This document shows positions 17,635 to 26,447 of a DNA stretch of 64,000 nt, in pieces. Within the stretch, counting starts at the first letter, position 1. Each line of letters opens with the position of its first letter. The notes under the pieces were generated by a model. The model did not search any database. It was not told the origin of the DNA and worked only from the letters and a program-made list of their open reading frames with translations. A program made the translations under genes and the position numbers. The stretch comes from an uncultured Chloroflexia bacterium (lineage in GTDB: Bacteria > Chloroflexota > Limnocylindria > Limnocylindrales > CSP1-4): contig CAVYZQ010000034.1 of the NCBI GenBank assembly GCA_963772995.1, positions 47,050 to 111,049 on the forward strand, written 5' to 3'.

Positions 17635-17678
17635 GAGACGGCGCGGCGGACCCGGCGAGACGGCGCGGCGGACCCGGC
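17635..17678. repeat. perfect 22-bp tandem duplication in the MscS upstream region
   Basis: GAGACGGCGCGGCGGACCCGGC occurs twice in tandem (17635-17656, 17657-17678). Confidence 0.9.
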
Positions 17679-17690
17679 GGGCCGGCCCGG

Positions 17691-19105
17691 TCAGTCGTCC
17701 CCGGGATCCCCCGTCGCCCCGCCCATGGCCGCGGCGTGCGTGGCCCCGATCGCCTGTCCGCGCGCCCGAGCGTCGAGCGCCGCGTCGAGCGAGTCGGAGA
17801 ACGCCGTCACGACGCGGTCGACGAGGTCTCCCTGGGCGTGCGCCTCGCAGATGAACCACGGCTCGCGCGAATCCGGCTCCGGCATCGCGCCGCGGGCGTG
17901 CATGCCCGTCGCGACCGCGTCATACAGCTCGTGGTCCGAGTCGGCCCAGTCGCGGTATTCGGAGGGTTCGGTCTCGGTGAACATGATCCCGAACATGCAC
18001 GGGTGGCCGGTAAAGACGTAGGGCAGGCCCTTCGGCGCCAGGACGTCGCGGAGCCCGGCCTGGACCCGGCGCCCGGTGGCATGGATGGTCTCGATACGTC
18101 CGTGTCGCGCAGGATCCCGAGGGTCCTGACCGCGGCCGCGGCCGCCACCCGATTGCCGGCGTACGTCCCGCCATGGCTCACCTTCCCGGGCAGGACGCTC
18201 ATCACCTCCTCGGTGCCGGCGAACGCCGCGGCCGGGTAGCCGTTGCCCATCGCCTTGGCATAGGTCGCGAGGTCCGGCTTGATCCCGAAGAACTCGGCCG
18301 CGCCGCCCCGCGCGAACCGGAAGCCTGTCTTGACCTCGTCGAAGATCAGCAGGATGCCGAACTCCTGGGTCAGGGCCCGCATCGCCTGGTGGAAGCCGGG
18401 CTTGGGGAGGATGCCCTGGGCGTTGCCGAGGACCGGCTCGACGATGATCGCGGCGATCTCCTCGCCGCGGCGCTCGAACAGGCGGCGCAGCCGCTCGATG
18501 CTGTTGTAGCGGGCCGGGATGATCGTCTCGGCGACCGGCTTCGGGATGCCCCGGCCGTAGGCGAGACCGACCGGCTCCTCGCTGTCCCCGAGATCCGTCA
18601 CGACGTCCGGCGTCACGCTGATCAGCGCGTAGTCGTGGACGCCGTGGTACTGGCCCTCGAACTTGACGATCTTGTCGCGGCCGGTGAACGCCCGGGCGAT
18701 GCGCATCGCATGCATCGTGGCCTCGGTCCCCGACACCGTCATCCGAGCCTTGTCCACCCAGCCGGTCAGCTCCTTGAGAAGCTCCATCGCCTGGACCTCT
18801 TCCTCGCTCGTGAGCGAGAAGCTGACGCCCTTGCGCATGTGCTCGTTGACGTAGTCGTCGACACGGTCGTCGGCGTGGCCGAGGACGTTCGGGCCGTACC
18901 CCATCCGCAGGTCGACGTACTCGTTCCCGTCGAGATCCCAGATGAGCGCGCCCTTGCCGCGATCGATGTAGATCGTGTCCTCGCCCCAGGCGCGGAAATT
19001 CGAGTCCGTGCCTCCGGGCATCGTCCGCAACGCGCGCTGGTACATGGCCGCCTGGACCTCGCGCCGCAGTGCCGGTGCAGGACGGGAGGCATGTTCGGTG
19101 GCCAT
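17691..19105 (-). CDS. class III PLP aminotransferase (glutamate-1-semialdehyde aminomutase-like) with one frame break near 18115
   Basis: Recognisable sequence: MPGGTDSNFR...SGTEATMHAMRIARAFTGR..FEGQYHG..IIVEPVLGN..IFDEVKTGFR (PLP Lys)...HGGTYAGN. It continues in the frame of ORF 17691..19145 as ..LPYVFTGHPCMFGIMFTE... Confidence 0.8.
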
Positions 19106-19178
19106 CGGATGCCCTCAGAATGCGCCGGGTCGGCGCCCCGGTCATGCGACGACGGGGCGCATGGTGGACAGCGCGGCC

Positions 19179-19212
19179 ATGCTCCCATGCGCCGGACGAC
19201 GGGTCAACGCGA
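19179..19212 (-). promoter_or_regulatory. candidate promoter of the class III aminotransferase gene
   Basis: The minus strand reads tcgCGTTGACCCGTCgtccggcgcatggGAGCAT. It has the same 14-nt -35 block as the punA promoter candidate. The -10 is weak. Confidence 0.25.
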
Positions 19213-19286
19213 ATCGCGGCCGGACCATCCGGCGCGACGAGACGAGGCCTCGATCGCGCCGACCGGGGCCTCCGCCGCGTCGATGG

Positions 19287-20972
19287 TCAGACGGGCGTTG
19301 CCAGCCAGTTCGGGAGCTCGCGCGCGAGCGTGGCGAGCGGCAGGGAGCCATGTCCCAGCAGCGCATCGTGGAATGCCCGCAGGTCGAACGCCGAGCCGTC
19401 CCGGCGAGTCAGCTCGGCCCGGAGGCGCTCGATCTCGCGCTGACCGATCTTGTAGGTGAGGGCCTGACCCGGCCAGGCGATGTAGCGGTCGGTCTCGATG
19501 ACGGCGTCGGTCTCGGACAGGCCCGCCTCGCGCAGGAAGTCGATCGAGCGCTGGCGCGGCCAGCGCAGGGCGTGGAGCCCCGTGTCGACCACCAGACGGG
19601 CGGCGCGCCACGCCTGGGCGTCGAGCATGCCGAACCGCTCCGCCTCGTCGCGGAAGAGTCCCATCTCGTCGGCAAGGCGTTCGCTGTAGAGGCCCCAGCC
19701 TTCGACGTAGGCGCCACCGACCGCGCGCGCGCCGAGCCGCCGGAATGTGTTCAGGTGCGGATTCTCCATCTCCAGCGTGATCTGGAAGTGATGGCCCGGG
19801 GCCGCCTCGTGGTAGGTCGTCGTCGCGAGCTTGGTGTACTTGCGGCTGGGGAGGTCGTACCCGTTCGCGTAGTAGATCCCGGGGCGCGAGCCGTCGGGGG
19901 CGGGCGGGAAGTAGTACGCAAACGGCGCGTCCTTCTCCTTGTACTCCTCGACCGCCCGCACCTCGCAGGGTGCCTTCGGCAGGACACCGAAGAAGCGCGG
20001 CGCCGCCGCCAGGGCGCGGTCGATGTCCTCGGTCGCGCGGGCGACCAGCTCCGCCTTGGTCTGCGGCGTGTTCGCGACGTCGGCGTCGAGGGCGGCCCGA
20101 TAGGCCGCCGTGTCGTCGCCGAAGCCCGCCCGACGGCTGATCTCACGACGCTCGTCCTCGATCGAGGCGAGGTCGTCGAGGCCGATCTGGTGCACCTCAG
20201 GAGGGTCGAGGTCGAGCGTCGTCCAGCTCCGGATGGCCGTCCGGTACAGCTCGTCGCCGTTCGGCGCGGACCAGATGCCGGGTTCCTCCCGGCTCGCGGC
20301 GAGATAGTCGCCCCGGAGGGCGTCGAGGAAGGCCTGGTCCGCCGGGTAGACGACATCGCGGACCGCGTCGCGGACCCGCTCGCGATCGGCGTCCGAGGCC
20401 ACCTTGACCATGGACGGCACGATGGCCGACTCGATCGGGACCGCCAGCATGCGCTCGATCTGGGCGATGGTCCGCTCGGCCACGATCCGCGGGGCGGTGA
20501 GGCCGGACGCGAGGCCGTCGCGCAGGATGCCCACGTTGGCGTCCATGTAGGCCGGGTAGGCGTGGAGCCTGGCGAGGAACGCGTCGAGGCGCTCGGGCGT
20601 GTCTGCGGGCTGGAACTGGGTGAGCTGCGGGAGCAGCTGTTGCGGGCCGCTCATCTGATCGACGACCCGGAACTGGTAGTAGTCCTGGTCGTCCTGCTCG
20701 ATCTGCAGCTCGGCGATGACCTTGAGGATGTCGCGGGTGATGCGGTCCTCGGTCGGCAGCCCGGCCGTGTCGATGGCCGCCGCCTCGTCACGCGTCCGCT
20801 CCATGAGAGAGCGCAGGCGGGCCCGTCCCTCGGGCCCCGGATCCTCGAGACGATCGGCATAGCGCTCGTCGCCGTAGAACGTCGCGGTCGTCGGATCGAG
20901 CTCGAGGATGGCCTCCCAGTAACGGTGGGCGAGCGCGTTGACCGGGGTCATCTGTCCTTCGTCGGAGGTCAC
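19287..20972 (-). CDS. DUF885-family protein (putative metallopeptidase fold)
   Basis: Intact 561-aa ORF. Supporting motifs: HEAAPGHHFQ (HExxH-like) and ..YVEGWGLYSERLADEMG..RYIAWPGQALTYKIG. Confidence 0.75.
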   Translation of the reverse strand: MTSDEGQMTPVNALAHRYWEAILELDPTTATFYGDERYADRLEDPGPEGRARLRSLMERTRDEAAAIDTAGLPTEDRITRDILKVIAELQIEQDDQDYYQFRVVDQMSGPQQLLPQLTQFQPADTPERLDAFLARLHAYPAYMDANVGILRDGLASGLTAPRIVAERTIAQIERMLAVPIESAIVPSMVKVASDADRERVRDAVRDVVYPADQAFLDALRGDYLAASREEPGIWSAPNGDELYRTAIRSWTTLDLDPPEVHQIGLDDLASIEDERREISRRAGFGDDTAAYRAALDADVANTPQTKAELVARATEDIDRALAAAPRFFGVLPKAPCEVRAVEEYKEKDAPFAYYFPPAPDGSRPGIYYANGYDLPSRKYTKLATTTYHEAAPGHHFQITLEMENPHLNTFRRLGARAVGGAYVEGWGLYSERLADEMGLFRDEAERFGMLDAQAWRAARLVVDTGLHALRWPRQRSIDFLREAGLSETDAVIETDRYIAWPGQALTYKIGQREIERLRAELTRRDGSAFDLRAFHDALLGHGSLPLATLARELPNWLATPV

Positions 20973-21104
20973 GTTCGGTCTCCTGTGCGGCTTCGCGCCG
21001 GGGCTCGGGGATGTTGGCGACAGCCTAGCGCAAGTCCCGGCACCCGCCGTCGTGCGTCGCCGGTGACGGCCCCGCCGGGCTGCCGGTGGCCGATCGGGCC
21101 GGGT

Positions 21105-23966
21105 CTAGGTGCCGAACAGCGGCATCTGCTCGCCGGCCCCCTCCACGGCCGGGTCGAGGCCCAGATATGGCTCGAGGTCGCCGAGCTCGAGCGGGTCGCG
21201 CGCGAGGAACCGGCGCAAGTGGTTCGACTTGACGATGTGCCAGTTGCCGTTCTCCACCGCCCCGCGCAGGAGCCGAGAACGGGCGAGCTTGTAGCGGACC
21301 AGCTCCGTCCGCTCGGGTGGGATGACCATGAAGCGGATCAGGTCGTCGTCGGGCGGGATGTGCGCGTGCCGGCCGAGGACCGTCTCGCCCATCATCGCGG
21401 TCCATTCGACCTCGAACAGGAACGCGAGCCTGCCGCGGACGTACCAGATCACGTCGACGTCCATAAGCTCCGGAGCGGCTCGACCGAGCCGTCCGAGATA
21501 TGGGCGCTCCTCGGCCGGGGCCAGGAGATCGCCGAGCGTGCCCGATCCGTGGTGGCGCGACTGCTCGCGGCGGGCGATCCAGATCCGCATCCCCTGCCGA
21601 TGACCCGCCTCGGCGATCAGGCCGATGAGGTCGGTGTGCTCGCGGCTGCGGTCGAGGAGGTCGTCGTCGGTCACGAGACGGTCCGTTGTGCTCGCGGGGC
21701 TGCGGTAGCTGTCGAGGCAGGCTCGAACGAGGCCGTCATCGGGCAGGTCGGGACCAGTGAACAGGCTCGCGATGCGTTCGAAGAAGGCGCTCTCGGTAAG
21801 CGGGCCGGCCGTCGACAGCAGGCTGAACACCGCCCACTCGAGCCGGTCCGCCAGGGGTGGCGATGAGCTCGCGACGTCCTGCGGATCGGCCAGCCACCAG
21901 GTTCCGGGCTCGATCTCTCTGAGGCTTCGCTGCGAGGATCGGCCCACCTCGTCACGGATGAGCGTGAGCAGCCGCTCCACGACGTCCGAGGCGGATGAGG
22001 GAGTCGCGCGAGTCTCCGGCGTGGTCGCGCGCCCGTCGCCGCCGCTCCACGCCCGGCCGCCGTGCGCGTCGGCGGATGCCGGACTCGACTGGTTTGGATC
22101 TGAGCCGTTGCCGGACGCCCCGGGGAGCGAGGCGTCGGCGAGCCGTCGGAGCTGGCCGGCGCGGTCGAGACCGATCAGGATCGCGCCGAGCAGCCGGTCG
22201 AATGACGCCGGCTCCCCGCGGGCGCGAAGGGTCTCGACGGCCGTGGCCGTGACCGTGCGCGCCGTGTCAGTTGCGGAGAAGGGTCGGTCCCGGACGTGCT
22301 CCGGGGGCGAGAACAGGCCGCGACCCGGGACGACGTTCGGGTCCCCGGCGCCGCCCGCCACCGATTCCAGGGCGACGTTGGCCCGCGTGCGCGGACCGGG
22401 CGGCATCGACCCGCCCGGAGGGAGCATCTCCACGATGAAGGGCGCGTCGCGTTCGTCGGCGTCGCCGAGGCGGACGTCGAGCAATCGACAGCCCGCGGAC
22501 GCCCCGCCGAGCACGGCTGCCACGAGCGGCTCCGGCCCCGGATCGACGATCTCGACGATACGGCTGTCGCGAGCCATCGCGTCTGCCACCGACTCGAGTG
22601 AGCGGCCGAGCGCCTCTGCCTGCGAGCTCCACGACGGCCTGACCGCGGAGCCGGCCAGTGCCTCGAGAGGCAGCAACGCGGCTGCTTCTCGTCCGAGCAC
22701 CCAGGCGGTGGCGTGGTAGGCGGTCGCCAGGCGATCGAGGCTCGGCCGCATCGGTGGCTGCCCGATGACCAGCCGCACCCGTGGCGTTGCCCCGGTCCGG
22801 CCGACCGAATACGTGCCGTCCCGAATGGTCAGAACCCCGCTGGCTGTGGCGAGCCCGAGCACGGCATTGGCATGCCCCTCGCCGAGAGCGTGAAGGTCCT
22901 CGCCCAGCCGGGCCTGGGCTGGACCGAGCGAGCCGTCGAGCCGCTGGACGAAGCCACGGACCGTGCGAAACGCCTCCTCGAATGCCAGCCACGGGTTGCG
23001 CTCCCGGAACGTCGTCCCGCTCGGGAGCCGGACATGGCCGCCCGCCATCCTGAGCAGCGGAGCGCGGCCGGGTGCGGTGGCGAGCCGGCTCGACGGGAGG
23101 ATCGCCTCGAGCAGGGACAGGCGCAGCGCGGCCAGCACGGATGCCTCTCGAAGGTCGGACTCGATCCGCTCCAGGATCGCCGCCATGGCGACGAGCTGGC
23201 GCGCCGTGTGAAGGGCCACCATCTCGTCGATGAGAGCGTGTGCGCCCGGTATCTCGGGGAACCGCTGACGAATGGTCGCGCGCGCCTCGTCGGCGTCCCG
23301 GTCGGCGGTGGCACGCTCCAGGTCGTCGGATTCGAGCGGCGCCTGGCGCAGCTCTCCGCCGCCGAGCTGGTCCCGGCAGACCGAACAGCGGTAATGCCGG
23401 AGGACGGGATGAGCCTGGGTCGGGATCGCGGGCTTCGGGGTCGCCCGCGCGGTGATCCCGGCGTCGCGGATCCCGGGGGCCCGGATCCCGGGCTCGTTTG
23501 TCCCGGGTTCGTCACTCCCGGCCTCGTCGCGCCCGGCCTCGCGACCTGCCTGGCGATCGTCGGACCAGGTGAACTCGTGTGCGATGAGCGTCCGGCCGCA
23601 GGTGGCACACCGTGTCGTGTACATGTCGCCGATCGCGGTCTTCAGACTTCCATGCCGCCAGGGCGAGGCGGCCATCCCCTCGAAGGCCGCGTCGAGATGG
23701 CGGACGTCCGGAGGGCGCAGGACGATCTCGGCCAGCATCCGGGTGAGCGGACTGGACTCCAGCGACAGCCCCCGGCGCTGTCGATCGATGGCCGCCCGGG
23801 CGACCCAGCCCCCGCGGCCCGCCAGGTCGACCACCACGTCGCCGGGCCTGGTCAGGAGGTCGATCTGCGCCGCGAGGATCGCCGGCGGAGGCGCCGGCGC
23901 GAGTCGATCGAAGACGGGCAGCGAGTGGCCGGGCTCCGCGGAAGCCTGCGTCGCTCGTCCGGTCAT
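21105..23966 (-). CDS. large orphan protein (953 aa): N6-adenine-methyltransferase-like fold with an inserted Zn-ribbon (COG1743-like) and a C-terminal PD-(D/E)xK-like module
   Basis: ATG at 23966. Motif-I-like VVVDLAGRGGWVARAAI. Two CxxC pairs (RCATCGR ... RCSVCRD). Degenerate motif IV LVIGQPPMRPSLDRLATAYHATAWVL (compare DPPY...W.L). C-terminus MDVDVIWY..RLAFLFEVEWT. The frame is intact over 2.86 kb. Confidence 0.6.
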   Translation of the reverse strand: MTGRATQASAEPGHSLPVFDRLAPAPPPAILAAQIDLLTRPGDVVVDLAGRGGWVARAAIDRQRRGLSLESSPLTRMLAEIVLRPPDVRHLDAAFEGMAASPWRHGSLKTAIGDMYTTRCATCGRTLIAHEFTWSDDRQAGREAGRDEAGSDEPGTNEPGIRAPGIRDAGITARATPKPAIPTQAHPVLRHYRCSVCRDQLGGGELRQAPLESDDLERATADRDADEARATIRQRFPEIPGAHALIDEMVALHTARQLVAMAAILERIESDLREASVLAALRLSLLEAILPSSRLATAPGRAPLLRMAGGHVRLPSGTTFRERNPWLAFEEAFRTVRGFVQRLDGSLGPAQARLGEDLHALGEGHANAVLGLATASGVLTIRDGTYSVGRTGATPRVRLVIGQPPMRPSLDRLATAYHATAWVLGREAAALLPLEALAGSAVRPSWSSQAEALGRSLESVADAMARDSRIVEIVDPGPEPLVAAVLGGASAGCRLLDVRLGDADERDAPFIVEMLPPGGSMPPGPRTRANVALESVAGGAGDPNVVPGRGLFSPPEHVRDRPFSATDTARTVTATAVETLRARGEPASFDRLLGAILIGLDRAGQLRRLADASLPGASGNGSDPNQSSPASADAHGGRAWSGGDGRATTPETRATPSSASDVVERLLTLIRDEVGRSSQRSLREIEPGTWWLADPQDVASSSPPLADRLEWAVFSLLSTAGPLTESAFFERIASLFTGPDLPDDGLVRACLDSYRSPASTTDRLVTDDDLLDRSREHTDLIGLIAEAGHRQGMRIWIARREQSRHHGSGTLGDLLAPAEERPYLGRLGRAAPELMDVDVIWYVRGRLAFLFEVEWTAMMGETVLGRHAHIPPDDDLIRFMVIPPERTELVRYKLARSRLLRGAVENGNWHIVKSNHLRRFLARDPLELGDLEPYLGLDPAVEGAGEQMPLFGT
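23454..23543 (-). repeat. degenerate 15-nt x 6 tandem repeat encoding a pentapeptide array (xxAG/PGx) between the two CxxC pairs of the large protein
   Basis: The + strand reads gatcccggcgtcgcg|gatcccgggggcccg|gatcccgggctcgtt|tgtcccgggttcgtc|actcccggcctcgtc|gcgcccggcctcgcg. The protein reads REAGR DEAGS DEPGT NEPGI RAPGI RDAGI. Confidence 0.8.
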
Positions 23967-24006
23967 CGTTCGACAGATGCTAGCCGACGCGTCGTACCCT
24001 GCGTCC

Positions 24007-24939
24007 ATGCGCGATCCCCTGATCGACCTTCCGCCCGGGCCGCCCGTCGCCCTCGATCCGTCGGTCCTCGACGCGCGGGCTGCCATCCTCCGTGCCGCCG
24101 CCGACCTGTTGAGGGTTCCCGACGACACGCTCGATCGACCGTGGCGGTGGCGGCCCCTGGATCTCGAGGATGTCGAGCTCCGGTACGGCGCCTACCGCAT
24201 CGTCGAACGGCTCGACGAGGCCGCTGGTCAGATCGCCCGCGGCCGCGCCGACGGGACGGGCGGCCGGATGGGACCGGCGACCCCGGCCCTCGCGGTGGCG
24301 ACCGCGGCCCGCTGGGACCTCCAGGGCGCCCTGCTCCCGCTGTCGGATGCCGACTGGGATGCCGATCCGGGCGGCGGGGAGTGGACGGTGCGTCAGACCG
24401 TGGGCCACATCATCGGGGGCCAGCGATCCTACGGCTGGTTCAACGCCTGGTACCTGAGCCAGCGGGCGACGGACGTGGCCGTCTACCCACCCGACGGCGT
24501 CCTGCCGCCAGAGCCCGACGAAGCCGACGAGGCAGCCGGCGACCCGGCCGAGGTCCGGGCCCGGATCGACGACATCGTCGACCGCAACATCGTCGCTTAC
24601 GCCGGACTCGACGCGGCGGCGATGCAGGTCCCGGCTCGCTGGTCGGGACTGCCGGTGACGATCGATTTCCGGCTGGGCCGCTATGGATCCCACATCCGGG
24701 AGCACACGGTCCAGGTCGACAAGACGCTCGACTTCATCGGCCGCCGGCCGTCGGAGATGGAGCGGCTCGCGCGGCTGGTCCTCGCGGGCTACGGGCGCCT
24801 GGAGGGGCTGTTCGTGGGTCGGCCGCCCGATGCGCTCGGGACGCGGTTCGCGGATGGAGCGGACCCGCGAGGGATCATGGCCGCGGCGACGGCCGACGTG
24901 ACCGAGACCGCCGGGCGGATGCGCTCGGCGGCCGCCTGA
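24007..24939 (+). CDS. DinB_2 / mycothiol-dependent-isomerase-like N-terminal domain protein
   Basis: ATG at 24007 (MRDPLIDLPPG..) lies in the frame of ORF 23452..24939. Supporting motifs: WTVRQTVGHIIGGQRSY and ..GSHIREHTVQVDKTL, His-containing DinB helices. It is divergent from the large gene. Confidence 0.55.
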   Translation: MRDPLIDLPPGPPVALDPSVLDARAAILRAAADLLRVPDDTLDRPWRWRPLDLEDVELRYGAYRIVERLDEAAGQIARGRADGTGGRMGPATPALAVATAARWDLQGALLPLSDADWDADPGGGEWTVRQTVGHIIGGQRSYGWFNAWYLSQRATDVAVYPPDGVLPPEPDEADEAAGDPAEVRARIDDIVDRNIVAYAGLDAAAMQVPARWSGLPVTIDFRLGRYGSHIREHTVQVDKTLDFIGRRPSEMERLARLVLAGYGRLEGLFVGRPPDALGTRFADGADPRGIMAAATADVTETAGRMRSAAA

Positions 24940-25039
24940 CCCGCGACGCCATCGCGCTCAGCCTGGCGCCGGCCGACCTGGGGGGCGACAACGGTTCGTC
25001 GAGATCGTCCGGATCGTCCGGCCCGTTCGGCCCGTGCGC

Positions 25040-25116
25040 GAACGCTTCGTCGGTCGTGGACTACGGCTCGTCGAGCTCGTCCGGCTCGTCCTCGAACGCT
25101 TCGTCGGTCGTCGACT
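25040..25116. repeat. 23-nt direct repeat (22/23) straddling the stop codon of the TPR gene
   Basis: GAACGCTTCGTCGGTCGTgGACT (25040-25062) and GAACGCTTCGTCGGTCGTcGACT (25094-25116). The sequence downstream of the stop still encodes STTDEAF...DDPDDLDEP. Confidence 0.8.
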
Positions 25117-25918
25117 CCGGCGGCAGGACGCGATCGAGGTCCTCGATCTCCTCGTCCTCCTCGTCGTCCTCGAGATCCTCTTCGAGATCCATCTCCTCGC
25201 GGACGAGGGTGCCCTTGGTGTAGGGCCGCAGGTCGGTGGACTTGGCCGCCGTCGGGAAGCTCACCTTCCCGTAGTTGGCGGGGTCCTGGAAGATCTCGCG
25301 GATGATGATCCGGACGTCCTTGTCCCCGAGCGACGTGACGCCTGCGTGGTACTTGTTGCCGTCGGCGATGAGTTTGAGGAGGCGTGCTGCGACGCGCGGC
25401 TCGACCACGCCGATCCGGACGCCGTTGCTGAAGGCGATCAGTCGGCCGTTCTCTGGTGTGAGCTCCACCGCGTCGCCCGGGTTGACCTGGGCGAGTTGGC
25501 GCGGGTCGGCGAGGTCCGTCAGGAAGGCGAACCCAGTCTTGCCCGTCTCCTCGACGAAGATGCTGACCGGGGCCTTGCTGCCCTCCTGGGCGGGCACGGT
25601 CTTCTCGCCGGCTGCCACGAGCAGCATCTTGAGCCGGTCGATGTTGCGCTCGGCGATCCGGTTCGTCGGGTCGAGCGCGAGCGCGGTCTGGTAATGCTCG
25701 CGGGCGGACCCGAGCTCACCCAGCTCCCAGAGTGCCTTGGCCAGCCGGTTCTCCGCCTCGGCGTCCGGACCGAGCTCGATGAGGCGTCGGTTCGTGGACG
25801 CTGCCTCGGCCCAGTGGGCGGCGGTGGCCTGTGCGATCGCCTGGTCGGCGAGCTGCCGCTTCTGGCGGGTCAGAGCGGCAGGACTCTGGGCCGTGGTCTC
25901 GACGTCGGGGAATGTCAC
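25061..25918 (-). CDS. TPR-repeat protein with a strongly acidic C-terminal tail
   Basis: Intact 285-aa ORF. TPR-like AENRLAKALWELGELGSAREHYQTALALDPTN. Tail EEMDLEEDLEDDEEDEEIEDLD...DEAFEDEPDELDEP. Confidence 0.65.
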   Translation of the reverse strand: MTFPDVETTAQSPAALTRQKRQLADQAIAQATAAHWAEAASTNRRLIELGPDAEAENRLAKALWELGELGSAREHYQTALALDPTNRIAERNIDRLKMLLVAAGEKTVPAQEGSKAPVSIFVEETGKTGFAFLTDLADPRQLAQVNPGDAVELTPENGRLIAFSNGVRIGVVEPRVAARLLKLIADGNKYHAGVTSLGDKDVRIIIREIFQDPANYGKVSFPTAAKSTDLRPYTKGTLVREEMDLEEDLEDDEEDEEIEDLDRVLPPESTTDEAFEDEPDELDEP

Positions 25919-26080
25919 GTTGGCGATCTCCGTTCAGGGCGCGCGTGCGTTGAGTCCGGGATCGGGATCGATCGGGGCGCGCGCACGCGGAAGTGGCGCG
26001 GCTCGCCTTTCTAGCACCATGACGGCGGCACGTCAAACGGGGCGTCCCGGGCGGACGCGTTCCGGGCTCCCGGCCGGTTC

Positions 26081-26301
26081 TTGCCATTTACGAGCCTGGC
26101 TCGTGTTCTGCGAGACGGCGGGGTCGTCGAGCCGGTTCGGCAGGGTCCATACGAAGGTGATTCGTATGTGACAAGGATTCCGCCTCGGTCGGCGCCGGCA
26201 CGCCTGCGCGGTACGAGTGAAGCTCGTAGGTGGCAAGGATCGGCCCGGGGCGCGGCGACGGCGTTCGCAGACCACGAGCCACACTGGTATGTGGCAAAGA
26301 T
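26081..26301. repeat. four phased copies (61-62 bp centre-to-centre) of a TTGCCA-NN-[TACGAG-N5-CTCGTA] hairpin element, one of them inverted
   Basis: Copy 1 (+): TTGCCAttTACGAGcctggCTCGTG, 26081-26105. Copies A, B and C in opposite polarity: ATACGAAggtgaTTCGTATgTGACAA (26149-26174), TACGAGtgaagCTCGTAggTGGCAA (26212-26236), cACGAGccacaCTgGTAtgTGGCAA (26273-26297). Confidence 0.75.
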
Positions 26302-26447
26302 GCCTCGGTGGGCGGTTCGCGCGCACACGGCTTGCCCGCGGGCCAACCCGCCGACGCGCCCGCGAGCGCCGCGTCGGGGCCGGCGCCACGCGCCCGCACG
26401 CGCCGCGCCCGCACGCACGCACCCGCGGCGCCCAGCGTCCGCGAGCC

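Noticed and set aside
18975-21866. 963-aa ORF on the + strand
   Set aside because: It is antisense to the aminotransferase, the DUF885 gene and the 3' end of the large gene. It has low-complexity Arg/Gly/Val/Asp composition. The opposite-strand genes carry clear family motifs.
22713-25223. 836-aa ORF on the + strand
   Set aside because: It is a shadow of the 953-aa minus-strand gene for most of its length. The real + strand gene in this area (DinB-like, 24007-24939) is in a different frame.
26149-26301. Regularly spaced repeats, considered as a CRISPR array
   Set aside because: The repeat cores are degenerate rather than identical, and the inter-repeat segments are themselves related. One copy is inverted, there are only 3-4 units, and no cas genes are nearby. 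It is kept as an unexplained phased repeat instead.
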